Assembly: GCA_039801885.1 (NCBI GenBank) | Contig: JBDRVN010000021.1 | Coordinates: 1-26,454 of the forward strand | Direction: 5' to 3' | From: a candidate division WOR-3 bacterium | Lineage (GTDB): Bacteria; Hydrothermota; Tepidihabitantia; Tepidihabitantales; DTDR01 | Length of the DNA: 26,454 bases | Part shown: piece after piece, positions 17,387 through 25,698 of the stretch | Layout of the letters: each line of letters begins with the position of its first letter | Position numbering within the stretch: position 1 is the first letter of the stretch | Notes under the pieces: model-generated | What the model saw: the letters and a program-made list of their open reading frames with translations, nothing else | Told to the model about the DNA's origin: nothing | Database searches by the model: none | Position numbers and translations under genes: made by a program

Positions 17387-18550
17387 CTAAAAAGAAGAAA
17401 TTACTTTAATAAAAGTTTCTGCTCTTTTTTCCCAAGTATGATTCTGGAAAATATACTCTCTCCTTTTTTCTTGTAAAAATTGATTATTTTCTTTTAATGC
17501 TTTATTAATATTTACTATAAATTCTTCATCCGTTCGGGCAAAATATACTAATTCGTCGAGGTTATCATCGCTGGTACCGATAGGAGTTGAAACTACCGGT
17601 TTCCCTAATGCTAAATATTCGTAAATTTTGATCGGGTCGCTATTATAAGCGACTTCATCTTTTTTAAACGGCAAAATACATATGTCAAAAAAATTTATAT
17701 AATAAGGTATTAAAGAATAAGGACGAGGACCCAAAAGAAATAAATTTTTATATTTAAGAAGTCTTTTGGTATCTTCTTTGTAAGGTCCAATAAATAAAAA
17801 AGTAGCTTGAGAAAATTCCTGCAGGCATTTTTCAATCAAGTTAAAATCTATCCACCAAAATAAACTCCCAACAAATCCAATGATTGGTCTTTTGAAATAG
17901 AAATTTTGTGAAGGAAATAGGATTGAATTATCAATTTTCTTATTTATTATCTCATACCATTCTTGAGGCACAGCATTGGGAAGGTGGACAATTTTTGTTT
18001 TTGAATATTTCTTTTTGAGATTTTCTTCAATATTTTTACAAATAGAAAATATTATTGTTGTTTTTGTTAATAATTCTTTCTCAACTTTTTCAAAAAAATT
18101 TTTAGTCTCAGGAAGAGGGAAAAAAACCTTTAAATCATCGATTCGGTCATAGATGATTATTTGTTTTTTCAGTTTTTTAATCACCCAAAACCAAATTGGA
18201 TTTTGAGTATAAATTATTGCCTCTTCACAAAGATGTTTAAATTTTAAAAAAAATAATTGAGGAAGGATAAAAGAATTGTAAAATTTATGCAATCCTACAT
18301 ATCTTAAAGGTAGGTAGCGAGGTAATGAAAAAAACTTAAAATCGTCTTTATAATACCGATTTATTTTAAATATTTCCCAAAATTTTTGTGGATTATATTT
18401 TTTTTCGCTGAAATATTTTAAAGGATTAGGGGATAAACCAAAAAAAATGGGGATAACTCCTTTTTTCTTTAATGCTTGAGCTAAAAACCAAGGACGACCA
18501 GCAATAGTATGAAAAGGCAAAAGTTCACACAAGAAGAGAATTTTTTTCAT
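17387..18550 (-). CDS. GT-B fold glycosyltransferase (GT4, TuaH-like)
   Basis: IIYDRIDD, LPNAV, PIIGFVGSL, LGPRPY, FDICILPF, DPIKIYEYLALGKPVVST, HTWEKRA. Confidence 0.88.
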   Translation of the reverse strand: MKKILFLCELLPFHTIAGRPWFLAQALKKKGVIPIFFGLSPNPLKYFSEKKYNPQKFWEIFKINRYYKDDFKFFSLPRYLPLRYVGLHKFYNSFILPQLFFLKFKHLCEEAIIYTQNPIWFWVIKKLKKQIIIYDRIDDLKVFFPLPETKNFFEKVEKELLTKTTIIFSICKNIEENLKKKYSKTKIVHLPNAVPQEWYEIINKKIDNSILFPSQNFYFKRPIIGFVGSLFWWIDFNLIEKCLQEFSQATFLFIGPYKEDTKRLLKYKNLFLLGPRPYSLIPYYINFFDICILPFKKDEVAYNSDPIKIYEYLALGKPVVSTPIGTSDDNLDELVYFARTDEEFIVNINKALKENNQFLQEKRREYIFQNHTWEKRAETFIKVISSF

Positions 18551-19875
18551 ATTAATTTGTAAAAAATAATAACTAAGAGTGAAATTAAAATCAAATTAGC
18601 TAACAGCCAGAAAGGTTTGGTTAAAATATTTTTGAAATAAAGGAGCATTAAAAAAGCTTGACAAAGATAAGCAATATAAAAACTAATTCCTGCCCCCAAA
18701 GCACCAAACTTATAGGTAAAAGAAACAGTAGAGCCAACAAATAAAATAAACCAAAGGGCATTAAAAAAAGTTGCCCACCACATTTTACCTGTTCCTAAAA
18801 GATAATACCCAAAAATGTAACCAATGGATGTTGGGATAATAGCACCGACTACAAAGATAAAAGGTTTTAAGGCAGGTAAATAATTATTTCCATATAAGAA
18901 GGTAATTATTTTGGAAGAAAAAATAAAAAATAATAAAAGAAGAATAAATAAAAAGAAATTTAAATAATTTATTGTTCTATTTAAAAAAACTTTTATTTTT
19001 TCCGGATTTTCTACATTTTCAGCGATGGTAGGAATTAGAGGCATTCCGATAGCAAGGGGTACAAAAAGCAAAAGTTGAAAAAAGGTATTAGCGATATTAA
19101 AATAGGCAACTTCCGAAAAATTTTTCGAAGTTCCTAATCGGGTAGTTACTATCCACATCGCCGGCATCATAACTAATCCTGATAAAAAGGCAGGAAAGGT
19201 AAGTGACAAAACATTTTTAGCAATATCTTTTTGAAGAACTAATTTTAAAGAAAAATATTTCTTAATTGAGAACAAAAATAATACACTACCTAAAAAATTT
19301 GCTATTGTGAGAGCCCAAATTCCGCCGCTAATTTCATATCTTCTTACTAAAAAAAGGATTAGAGGAAAACTTACAAAATTATAAAAAATATTTATTAAAG
19401 AGATAATCTTTATTAGTTTTAACCCTTGAAGAACACCTATCCAAAAATTATTTAAAGTAAGAAATAATGATAAAAAGATAATGAAATAAAAATATTTAAT
19501 TAAAAAGGGTTTCTGATATACTTTGTTAACTAAAAAAGGACATAAGAAAAAATAAATTATAATCACTATACCCATAGTTAAAAAAATTAATATTTGAGCG
19601 GTATTAAATATTTTATTTAGTAAGACTTTATTTTCCTTCGCTTGGGCGATAAATTTAGTAATAATTGTCGGCAACCCGAAACTGGCAAAAAATGTAAGCA
19701 ATATAGCTAGTTGATTTATATTAGAAAAAATTCCAAACTTTTCACTCAAGAGAAAACGGGCAAGGAAAATTCCGTTTAGAGCAGTTATAAATCTAACAAT
19801 AATTAAAGATAAGAAATATTGAAAACTTTGAAAAAAAATCTTTTTTAGTTCTTCCCACTTTTCAATTTTAAACAT
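18547..19875 (-). CDS. Oligosaccharide flippase (Wzx/MATE-like)
   Basis: Roughly 12 TM segments; LARFL....FG, FGLP..ITKFIA, LYG..Y, FGALGAG motifs. Confidence 0.85.
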   Translation of the reverse strand: MFKIEKWEELKKIFFQSFQYFLSLIIVRFITALNGIFLARFLLSEKFGIFSNINQLAILLTFFASFGLPTIITKFIAQAKENKVLLNKIFNTAQILIFLTMGIVIIIYFFLCPFLVNKVYQKPFLIKYFYFIIFLSLFLTLNNFWIGVLQGLKLIKIISLINIFYNFVSFPLILFLVRRYEISGGIWALTIANFLGSVLFLFSIKKYFSLKLVLQKDIAKNVLSLTFPAFLSGLVMMPAMWIVTTRLGTSKNFSEVAYFNIANTFFQLLLFVPLAIGMPLIPTIAENVENPEKIKVFLNRTINYLNFFLFILLLLFFIFSSKIITFLYGNNYLPALKPFIFVVGAIIPTSIGYIFGYYLLGTGKMWWATFFNALWFILFVGSTVSFTYKFGALGAGISFYIAYLCQAFLMLLYFKNILTKPFWLLANLILISLLVIIFYKLI

Positions 19876-19888
19876 AAAAATTTTTAAA

Positions 19889-19916
19889 ATTATAGAAGAA
19901 AATATTTACTTTTCAA
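19889..19916 (-). promoter_or_regulatory. Putative promoter TTGAAA-16-TATAAT for the flippase-GT block
   Basis: Plus-strand TTTCAA 19911-19916 and ATTATA 19889-19894; 13 nt to ATG 19875; no SD. Confidence 0.5.
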
Positions 19917-19931
19917 TAAACAAAATTTTAT

Positions 19932-19937
19932 TATAAT
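19932..19937 (+). promoter_or_regulatory. Putative -10 box TATAAT for the NadE-like/GT4/GT4 block
   Basis: TATAAT 19932-19937, then 6 nt, then GTG 19944. No clear -35 and no SD. Confidence 0.4.
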
Positions 19938-19943
19938 TATTAA

Positions 19944-20882
19944 GTGAATAAAGAAATTTTAAAGGAAGGATTAAAGATTGAACCAGAAATAACTTTTTTA
20001 TCTTTAAAAAAATTTATTAAAAATTGTTGTGAAAATTTCAAAAGGGAAGGAATAATTTTGGGTTTGAGCGGTGGGATTGATTCATCATTAACCGTTTATC
20101 TTTGTAAGGAAGCAGTGGGTGAAAAAAATGTTTTTGCCTTAATTTTGCCTGAAATTGATAGTAATAAAGATAATATCGAAGATGCTATTCAGTTTGCCCA
20201 AAAATTAAATATAAAATATAAAATTATTGAAATAACAAAATATTTAAAAAATTTCAGTATTTATAACTTATTTTTTCTCAATAAATTAATAATTCCTAAA
20301 AAAATAAAGCCGATAATTGTTAAAAAATTATCGCAATTATATCGCCAAGAAAAAAATAAACCTTCCTTTCTTATTACTTTGAATGGAGAAGATAAAAAAT
20401 GGAATAAAATTATAAAGAAAATTAATACTTATTATCGTTTTAAACATCGTTTAAGAATGGTATTATTATATCTTTTTGCTGATTTAGAAAACCGATTAGT
20501 TGTTGGTTGTACTAATAAAACCGAATATTTAATTGGGTTTTTTGTAAAATATGGTTGTGACGACGCCTGTGATATAATGCCTCTTTTATCGTTATATAAA
20601 ACTCAGGTAAAGGAACTATATAAATATTTGGGATTACCTAAAAAAATTTTAGAAAAGAAACCTTCTCCTGATTTATTGCCCGGTATTTTTGATGAAGAAG
20701 TGATTGGATTAGATTACGAAGATTTAGATTTAATTTTATATGGTTTAGAAAAAGGATTGGCAGCTTGGCAAATTGCGGAGGTTTTAAAAATTGATAAAGA
20801 AAAGGTTGATTATGTTTCTTTTTTAATAAATAAATCAGATTACTGCCGTTGTAAGTTAATAAAATATGGAAATTATAATTAA
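19944..20882 (+). CDS. NadE-like N-type ATP pyrophosphatase (NH3-dependent NAD+ synthetase family, divergent, with insertion)
   Basis: PP-loop GLSGGIDS, KHRLRM, NKTE, GFFVKYG, LYKTQV, KKPSPDL, DEE.IG..Y..LD. No glutaminase domain. Family assignment is clear; exact function is not. Confidence 0.85.
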   Translation: MNKEILKEGLKIEPEITFLSLKKFIKNCCENFKREGIILGLSGGIDSSLTVYLCKEAVGEKNVFALILPEIDSNKDNIEDAIQFAQKLNIKYKIIEITKYLKNFSIYNLFFLNKLIIPKKIKPIIVKKLSQLYRQEKNKPSFLITLNGEDKKWNKIIKKINTYYRFKHRLRMVLLYLFADLENRLVVGCTNKTEYLIGFFVKYGCDDACDIMPLLSLYKTQVKELYKYLGLPKKILEKKPSPDLLPGIFDEEVIGLDYEDLDLILYGLEKGLAAWQIAEVLKIDKEKVDYVSFLINKSDYCRCKLIKYGNYN

Positions 20883-21963
20883 TGGCCGTTTTTTAACCCA
20901 AAAGATTACAGGTGTCCAAAAATATGCTTATCAATTAGTTAAAGAGATTGATTCTTTAATAGAAAAAGGAGAAATTGATAAGAAGAAGTTTCAATTCAAA
21001 ATTTTCGCACCAAGAAATATTATTCACAAATTGGAATTGAAATATATTCCAATAAAAAAAGTTGGATTTCTAAAAGGTCATTTTTGGGAACAGTTAGAGT
21101 TTCCTATTTATTTGAGAAACAAAGTTTTTATCTGTTTGGGGAATACGGCTCCTTTAATTTCACTGTTTTTAAATAAAAAAGGTATTGTTACTGTTCATGA
21201 TTTGGGTTTTAAATACTTTCCCGAAAATTATCATCTTCTTTTTCGTGCCTTTTACTCTATAATAATTCCAATTATTTTAAAATACGCTTGGGCAATAATT
21301 ACTGTCTCGGAAAGTGAAAAGAGATTAATTTTAAAGAGATATTCTTTTGTGAAAAATAAGATTTTTGCTATTTCTCAAGGTGGTTTTATTGAAAATCCCT
21401 TAACATCTATTGAAATAAAAGAGAAAGATTATCTTCTTTATGTTGGCTCTTTAGCTAAAAAGAAGAATTTAATTAATTTTCTTTTGGCTTTTGAGATAAT
21501 TGTTAATAAAAATACCCCTTTAAATGCGATAGTAATTGCTCCGGAAGGAAAAATTTTTGAGAAGGTAAATATTAATATAAAACCAGAGGTTAAAAAAAGA
21601 GTTAAATTTATTAATAAAGTTAATGACCAAGAATTGATAGCGTACTATAAAAATGCTTTTTGTTTGGTTTTTCCCTCTTTTCATGAGGGAGCAGGAATAC
21701 CGCCAATTGAGGCGATGAGTTGTGGGTGTCCGGTTTTATGTTCGGACATTCCGGTTTTAAAAGAAAGATGCGGTGAAGGAGCCATCTATTTTAATCCTTA
21801 TTCTCCACAAGATATTGCCCAAAAAATTGTTTTACTTTTTGAAAATCAAAAATTAAGAGAAGAGTTAATAAAAAAGGGATACCAAAGGGCAAAAATTTTT
21901 AAATGGGAAAATACAGCCAAGAAGACAGTTAAATTATTAGAAAGGTTGATTTTTAAAATATGA
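20866..21963 (+). CDS. GT4 glycosyltransferase (MtfB-like mannosyltransferase type)
   Basis: INGRFLTQKITGVQKYA, WEQL, VTVHDL, ITVSE, LYVGS...KKN, FPSFHEGAGIPPIEAMSCGCPV. Confidence 0.9.
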   Translation: MEIIINGRFLTQKITGVQKYAYQLVKEIDSLIEKGEIDKKKFQFKIFAPRNIIHKLELKYIPIKKVGFLKGHFWEQLEFPIYLRNKVFICLGNTAPLISLFLNKKGIVTVHDLGFKYFPENYHLLFRAFYSIIIPIILKYAWAIITVSESEKRLILKRYSFVKNKIFAISQGGFIENPLTSIEIKEKDYLLYVGSLAKKKNLINFLLAFEIIVNKNTPLNAIVIAPEGKIFEKVNINIKPEVKKRVKFINKVNDQELIAYYKNAFCLVFPSFHEGAGIPPIEAMSCGCPVLCSDIPVLKERCGEGAIYFNPYSPQDIAQKIVLLFENQKLREELIKKGYQRAKIFKWENTAKKTVKLLERLIFKI

Positions 21964-23057
21964 AAGTAGCAATAATTCACGATTGGCTTACCGGTATGCG
22001 CGGCGGTGAGAAAGTTTTGGAAGTATTGTGTGAAATTTTTCCGGATGCTACTCTTTATACCTTGGTTTATAATAAAGAGAAAATTTCACCAATTATTAAC
22101 CGGATGAAAATCAAAACTTCTATTCTTCAAAAGCTTCCTAATATTGAAAAAAATTATCGTTATTATCTACCAATAATGCCTGAATTAATTGAACAGTTTA
22201 ATCTAAAAGGTTATGATTTAATCGTTTCTTCCAGTCATTGTGTTGCCAAGGGAGTGAAGAAGTTTAGAAACCAAGTTCATATTTGCTACTGTCTCAGCCC
22301 GATGAGATATATTTGGGATATGTTTGATGAGTATTTTAAAAAAGCAAAATTGATAACTAAAATTGGTGCAAAGGTTTTTCGTCCTTATTTGAGAAAATGG
22401 GATGTTAAAAGCTCTCAAAGAGTAGATTTTTTTATCGCTGACTCAAAAAATATTGCCAATAAGATAAAAAAATATTATGGCAAAGAAGCAAAGGTAATAT
22501 ATCCACCCGTAAATACCAATTTTTATCAATTTTTAAATGAAAAAAGAGAGGATTTCTTTTTAATTGTTTCGGCGTTGGTTCCTTATAAGAAATTAGATTT
22601 GGCAATTGAGGTTTTTAATGAATTAAATCTATCATTGAAGATTATCGGTACCGGTCCAGAAGAAGTGAAACTTAGAAAAATTGCTAATAAAAATATTGAG
22701 TTTTTAGGTTGGCAGCCTGATGAGAAGCTCTTGGAATATTATAATAAATGTCGGGCATTAATTTTTCCTCAAGAGGAAGATTTAGGGATTGTTTCTTTAG
22801 AAGCCCAGGCTTGTGGCAGTCCGGTAATTGCTTATAAAAAAGGTGGTGCCTTAGAGACAGTTATTGAGAAGGAAACCGGAATATTTTTCTATCCGCAAAC
22901 AAAAGAGGCGTTAATTAAGGCAATTAAAGATTTTGAGAATTTATCTTTCTCTCCCGAAAAATGCCGAGAAAACGCTTTAAAATTTTCGCGCGAAAGATTT
23001 TATAAAGAGATAAAGGATTTTGTTAGCGAGTGTCTTAATTTATCCTTTCGGTTTTAA
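21960..23057 (+). CDS. GT4 glycosyltransferase (WbaZ-like)
   Basis: [69 protein letters not shown]. Confidence 0.9.
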   Translation: MKVAIIHDWLTGMRGGEKVLEVLCEIFPDATLYTLVYNKEKISPIINRMKIKTSILQKLPNIEKNYRYYLPIMPELIEQFNLKGYDLIVSSSHCVAKGVKKFRNQVHICYCLSPMRYIWDMFDEYFKKAKLITKIGAKVFRPYLRKWDVKSSQRVDFFIADSKNIANKIKKYYGKEAKVIYPPVNTNFYQFLNEKREDFFLIVSALVPYKKLDLAIEVFNELNLSLKIIGTGPEEVKLRKIANKNIEFLGWQPDEKLLEYYNKCRALIFPQEEDLGIVSLEAQACGSPVIAYKKGGALETVIEKETGIFFYPQTKEALIKAIKDFENLSFSPEKCRENALKFSRERFYKEIKDFVSECLNLSFRF

Positions 23058-23777
23058 TAGCGAAAGAATTTCAATTGGTAAAGGAAAGATTATTGTTGAG
23101 TTCTTTTCTGCAGCAATTTCAGTTAAAGTTCCTAAATAACGAAGTTGTAAAGCAGCTGGCGTTTGGGAAAGAATTTCTGCTGCTTCCCTTAATTTGGCGG
23201 CTGCCTGTAATTCACCATCCGCGTGGATAACTTTTGCTCTTCTCTCTCTTTCTGCTTCCGCTTGTCGCGCAATCGCCCTTTTCATCTCTTCCGGAATATC
23301 AACATGTTTTATTTCTACCATTGTTACTTTTATTCCCCAGGGATCAGTCTGTTGGTCAATTATCTTTTGTAATCTTTGGTTAATCATCTCTCTTTTTGTT
23401 AATAAGTCATCAAGTTCATACTCACCCAAAACACTTCTCAAAGTAGTCTGAGAAATTTGGGAAGTGGCATATAAGTAATTTTCAACTTCAATTATTGCCT
23501 TTTGTGGGTCAAATACTTTAAAATAGGCAACCGCATTAACCTTTACTGAAATATTATCTCGGGTAATCACATCTTGCGGCGGAACATCTAAAGTAACAAC
23601 CCTTAAACTTACTCTTACCATCCGGTCAACAAAAGGGATTAATAAAATAAGACCTGGTCCTTTTACTTTGTGGAATCTTCCCAAACGAAAAACCACTCCT
23701 CTTTCATATTCGGCTAAAATACGGATTGCCATTGAGAGCAAAATAATTATAATAACTACTAAAATAAAGTATGCCAT
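23040..23777 (-). CDS. SPFH/band 7 (stomatin-like, slipin) membrane protein
   Basis: N-terminal [72 protein letters not shown]. Confidence 0.95.
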   Translation of the reverse strand: MAYFILVVIIIILLSMAIRILAEYERGVVFRLGRFHKVKGPGLILLIPFVDRMVRVSLRVVTLDVPPQDVITRDNISVKVNAVAYFKVFDPQKAIIEVENYLYATSQISQTTLRSVLGEYELDDLLTKREMINQRLQKIIDQQTDPWGIKVTMVEIKHVDIPEEMKRAIARQAEAERERRAKVIHADGELQAAAKLREAAEILSQTPAALQLRYLGTLTEIAAEKNSTIIFPLPIEILSLLKPKG

Positions 23778-23786
23778 TTTTCCCTC

Positions 23787-24107
23787 CTACTTTTCTAAGA
23801 TATTTTTTATTTCCAAAAGTTCCTTATATAAAGTATTCAAAAATTTTAACGATTGTTTTATTTTTCTTTCGTTCTCCTTTTCTTTCATTTTTTTTAATAA
23901 ATTTTTTTGGATACTCTTTTGGGGATAGCCTTCTTTTAAAAGTTCTTTAATCGCTTTTATCTTTGCTATTTCTCTTTCATCAAAATAAACTTTCCCTTTT
24001 TTCTTTGTACCCACTTTGAAGACTTTTATCCATTTTTTAAGTTGGGAATCTTTAATTTTTAACTTTTTACTTATTTCCTTTAAAGGAGATAACTTTTTTT
24101 CTTTCAT
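23787..24107 (-). CDS. Small MerR-like helix-turn-helix protein
   Basis: LKEISKKLKIKDSQLKKW.K.F, YFDEREIAKIKAIKELL.EGY, C-terminal coiled-coil. Start revised to ATG 24107 because SD AAGGAGT lies at 24112-24118. Confidence 0.65.
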   Translation of the reverse strand: MKEKKLSPLKEISKKLKIKDSQLKKWIKVFKVGTKKKGKVYFDEREIAKIKAIKELLKEGYPQKSIQKNLLKKMKEKENERKIKQSLKFLNTLYKELLEIKNILEK

Positions 24108-24121
24108 TTTAACTCCTTTCT

Positions 24122-25072
24122 TCATTGCCAAAATTCTTCTTTTAAACTTCTTTTTAATAATTTTTTAATAACTTCGTCAATATCTCTTTTCAAAAATAAA
24201 ATTTGGTAAATACCTTCGCAAATCGGCATCTCGATATTATATTTTTCTTTTAACTGATAAATAGTTCTTGCAGTATAATACCCTTCAATCACGCCTTTCT
24301 CCTTTTTTAAAAATTCTTCTAATTTTTCACCTTTGCCTAAGGCAAAGCCTAATTGATAGTTTCGGGAATATTTAGAGAAACAGGTGACAATCAAATCGCC
24401 AACACCAGAAAGTCCGGCAAAGGTCAAAGGTAAGGCACCTAATTTTATTCCCAACCGCATCATCTCTGCTAATCCTCGAGAAATCAAGGCTGACTTAGTA
24501 TTTATCCCCAAATCTTTGCCATCTAAAATTCCAGCAGCAATAGCAATTACATTCTTTATTGCGCCACCAATCTCACAGCCAATAACATCATCTTGATAAT
24601 AAACCCTTAGGTTATCAAAGGAAAGCAACTTCTGGAGTTTTTCACCAATTTTTCTATCTTTACAAGCAATAACCAGAGTAGTAGGAATACCTACTGATAC
24701 TTCTTCCGGCATCCCTGGTCCACATAAGACAGCAATCGGATTGTAAGGGAAATATTCAGAAACTACTTCTGACATCCTTTTTAAACTTCCTTCTTCAATT
24801 CCTTTGATGCCAGAAACAAAGATAGTTTTGAGCCTTATATTTATTTCTTTTAATTTTCCCAAAACTTCTCTTAAGGAATAAGAAGGTGTAGTAAGGAAGA
24901 TAAGGGAGCAATTTTTTATCTCTCTTAAATCTTTTAGAATTTTTATATTTCTTTTTTTAAATCTTTCGGTATCAATCTTTTTATCATAAACAAAAATCTT
25001 ATTATTTTTTTTTGCCAAATGGTTTATTAAAACACTGCCCCAACGACCAGCACCAACAAATCCAATATTCAT
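24122..25072 (-). CDS. gpsA: NAD(P)H-dependent glycerol-3-phosphate dehydrogenase
   Basis: GAGRWG, KGIE, GP, EIGGAIKNVIAIAAG, GLSGVGDLIVTC.S..SRN, EGYYT. Confidence 0.96.
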   Translation of the reverse strand: MNIGFVGAGRWGSVLINHLAKKNNKIFVYDKKIDTERFKKRNIKILKDLREIKNCSLIFLTTPSYSLREVLGKLKEINIRLKTIFVSGIKGIEEGSLKRMSEVVSEYFPYNPIAVLCGPGMPEEVSVGIPTTLVIACKDRKIGEKLQKLLSFDNLRVYYQDDVIGCEIGGAIKNVIAIAAGILDGKDLGINTKSALISRGLAEMMRLGIKLGALPLTFAGLSGVGDLIVTCFSKYSRNYQLGFALGKGEKLEEFLKKEKGVIEGYYTARTIYQLKEKYNIEMPICEGIYQILFLKRDIDEVIKKLLKRSLKEEFWQ

Positions 25073-25698
25073 TTTATTTTTAATCTAAATTTTGGTTCCT
25101 CTTTTTTTATCAATCTTTTAATATTGGGAAGATGCTTCAAAATAATTAAAATACTGATAATAATAACAAAAATTGGTATCAAAATATCTTTTGGCTTTAA
25201 TATAAGAAAAGATAAGGGAAGACAAAGAGCAAAAGAGATTGAGGCTAAAGACATATAAGAAAAGATAATTAAGATTATTAAAAAGATAATGATGGAGAAG
25301 ATAAGATTCTTTGGTGCCAATGCCAAAAGAACACCAATCGTAGTTGCTACTCCTTTGCCACCACGAAAACGAAGATAGGGAGTAAATAGATGACCTAAAA
25401 TAGCACCGATACCAACCAAGAGAGGTAATAAAGAAAGTTCTTTTGAAAAATAGGTGATAAGAAATCCCTTGCTAATATCTAATATTAAAACCGGTATCCC
25501 ATATAAATAACCTAATGTCCGATAGACATTGGTAAAGCCAATATTTCTACTACCATAATTTCTAATATCAATCTTTTTAAAAACCTTCGGAATTAGATAA
25601 CCAAAAGGAATACCACCAACTAAAAAACCAATAAAAAGAGAAGAGAAAATAATAGCGAGAATTTCTAAATTACTATTTATTGAAAGATAAGTTCTCAT
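25069..25698 (-). CDS. plsY: Glycerol-3-phosphate acyltransferase PlsY
   Basis: GGIPFG, DIRNYGSRNIGFTNVYR, DISKG, GHLF....F.GGKGVAT, KH..NIKRL...E. Adjacent to gpsA. Confidence 0.95.
   Translation of the reverse strand: MRTYLSINSNLEILAIIFSSLFIGFLVGGIPFGYLIPKVFKKIDIRNYGSRNIGFTNVYRTLGYLYGIPVLILDISKGFLITYFSKELSLLPLLVGIGAILGHLFTPYLRFRGGKGVATTIGVLLALAPKNLIFSIIIFLIILIIFSYMSLASISFALCLPLSFLILKPKDILIPIFVIIISILIILKHLPNIKRLIKKEEPKFRLKIK

Noticed and set aside
17371-19925. Invertible (phase-variable) flippase-GT4 segment bounded by TTTATTGAA (17375-17383) / TTCAATAAA (19912-19920)
   Set aside because: Only a 9-bp AT-rich inverted match, expected by chance at this composition, and no recombinase in the window.
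22218-24596. Shadow ORFs 22218..22418, 23194..23451, 23668..23928 and 24384..24596
   Set aside because: Antisense to the GT4, SPFH, MerR-like and gpsA genes; no independent support.
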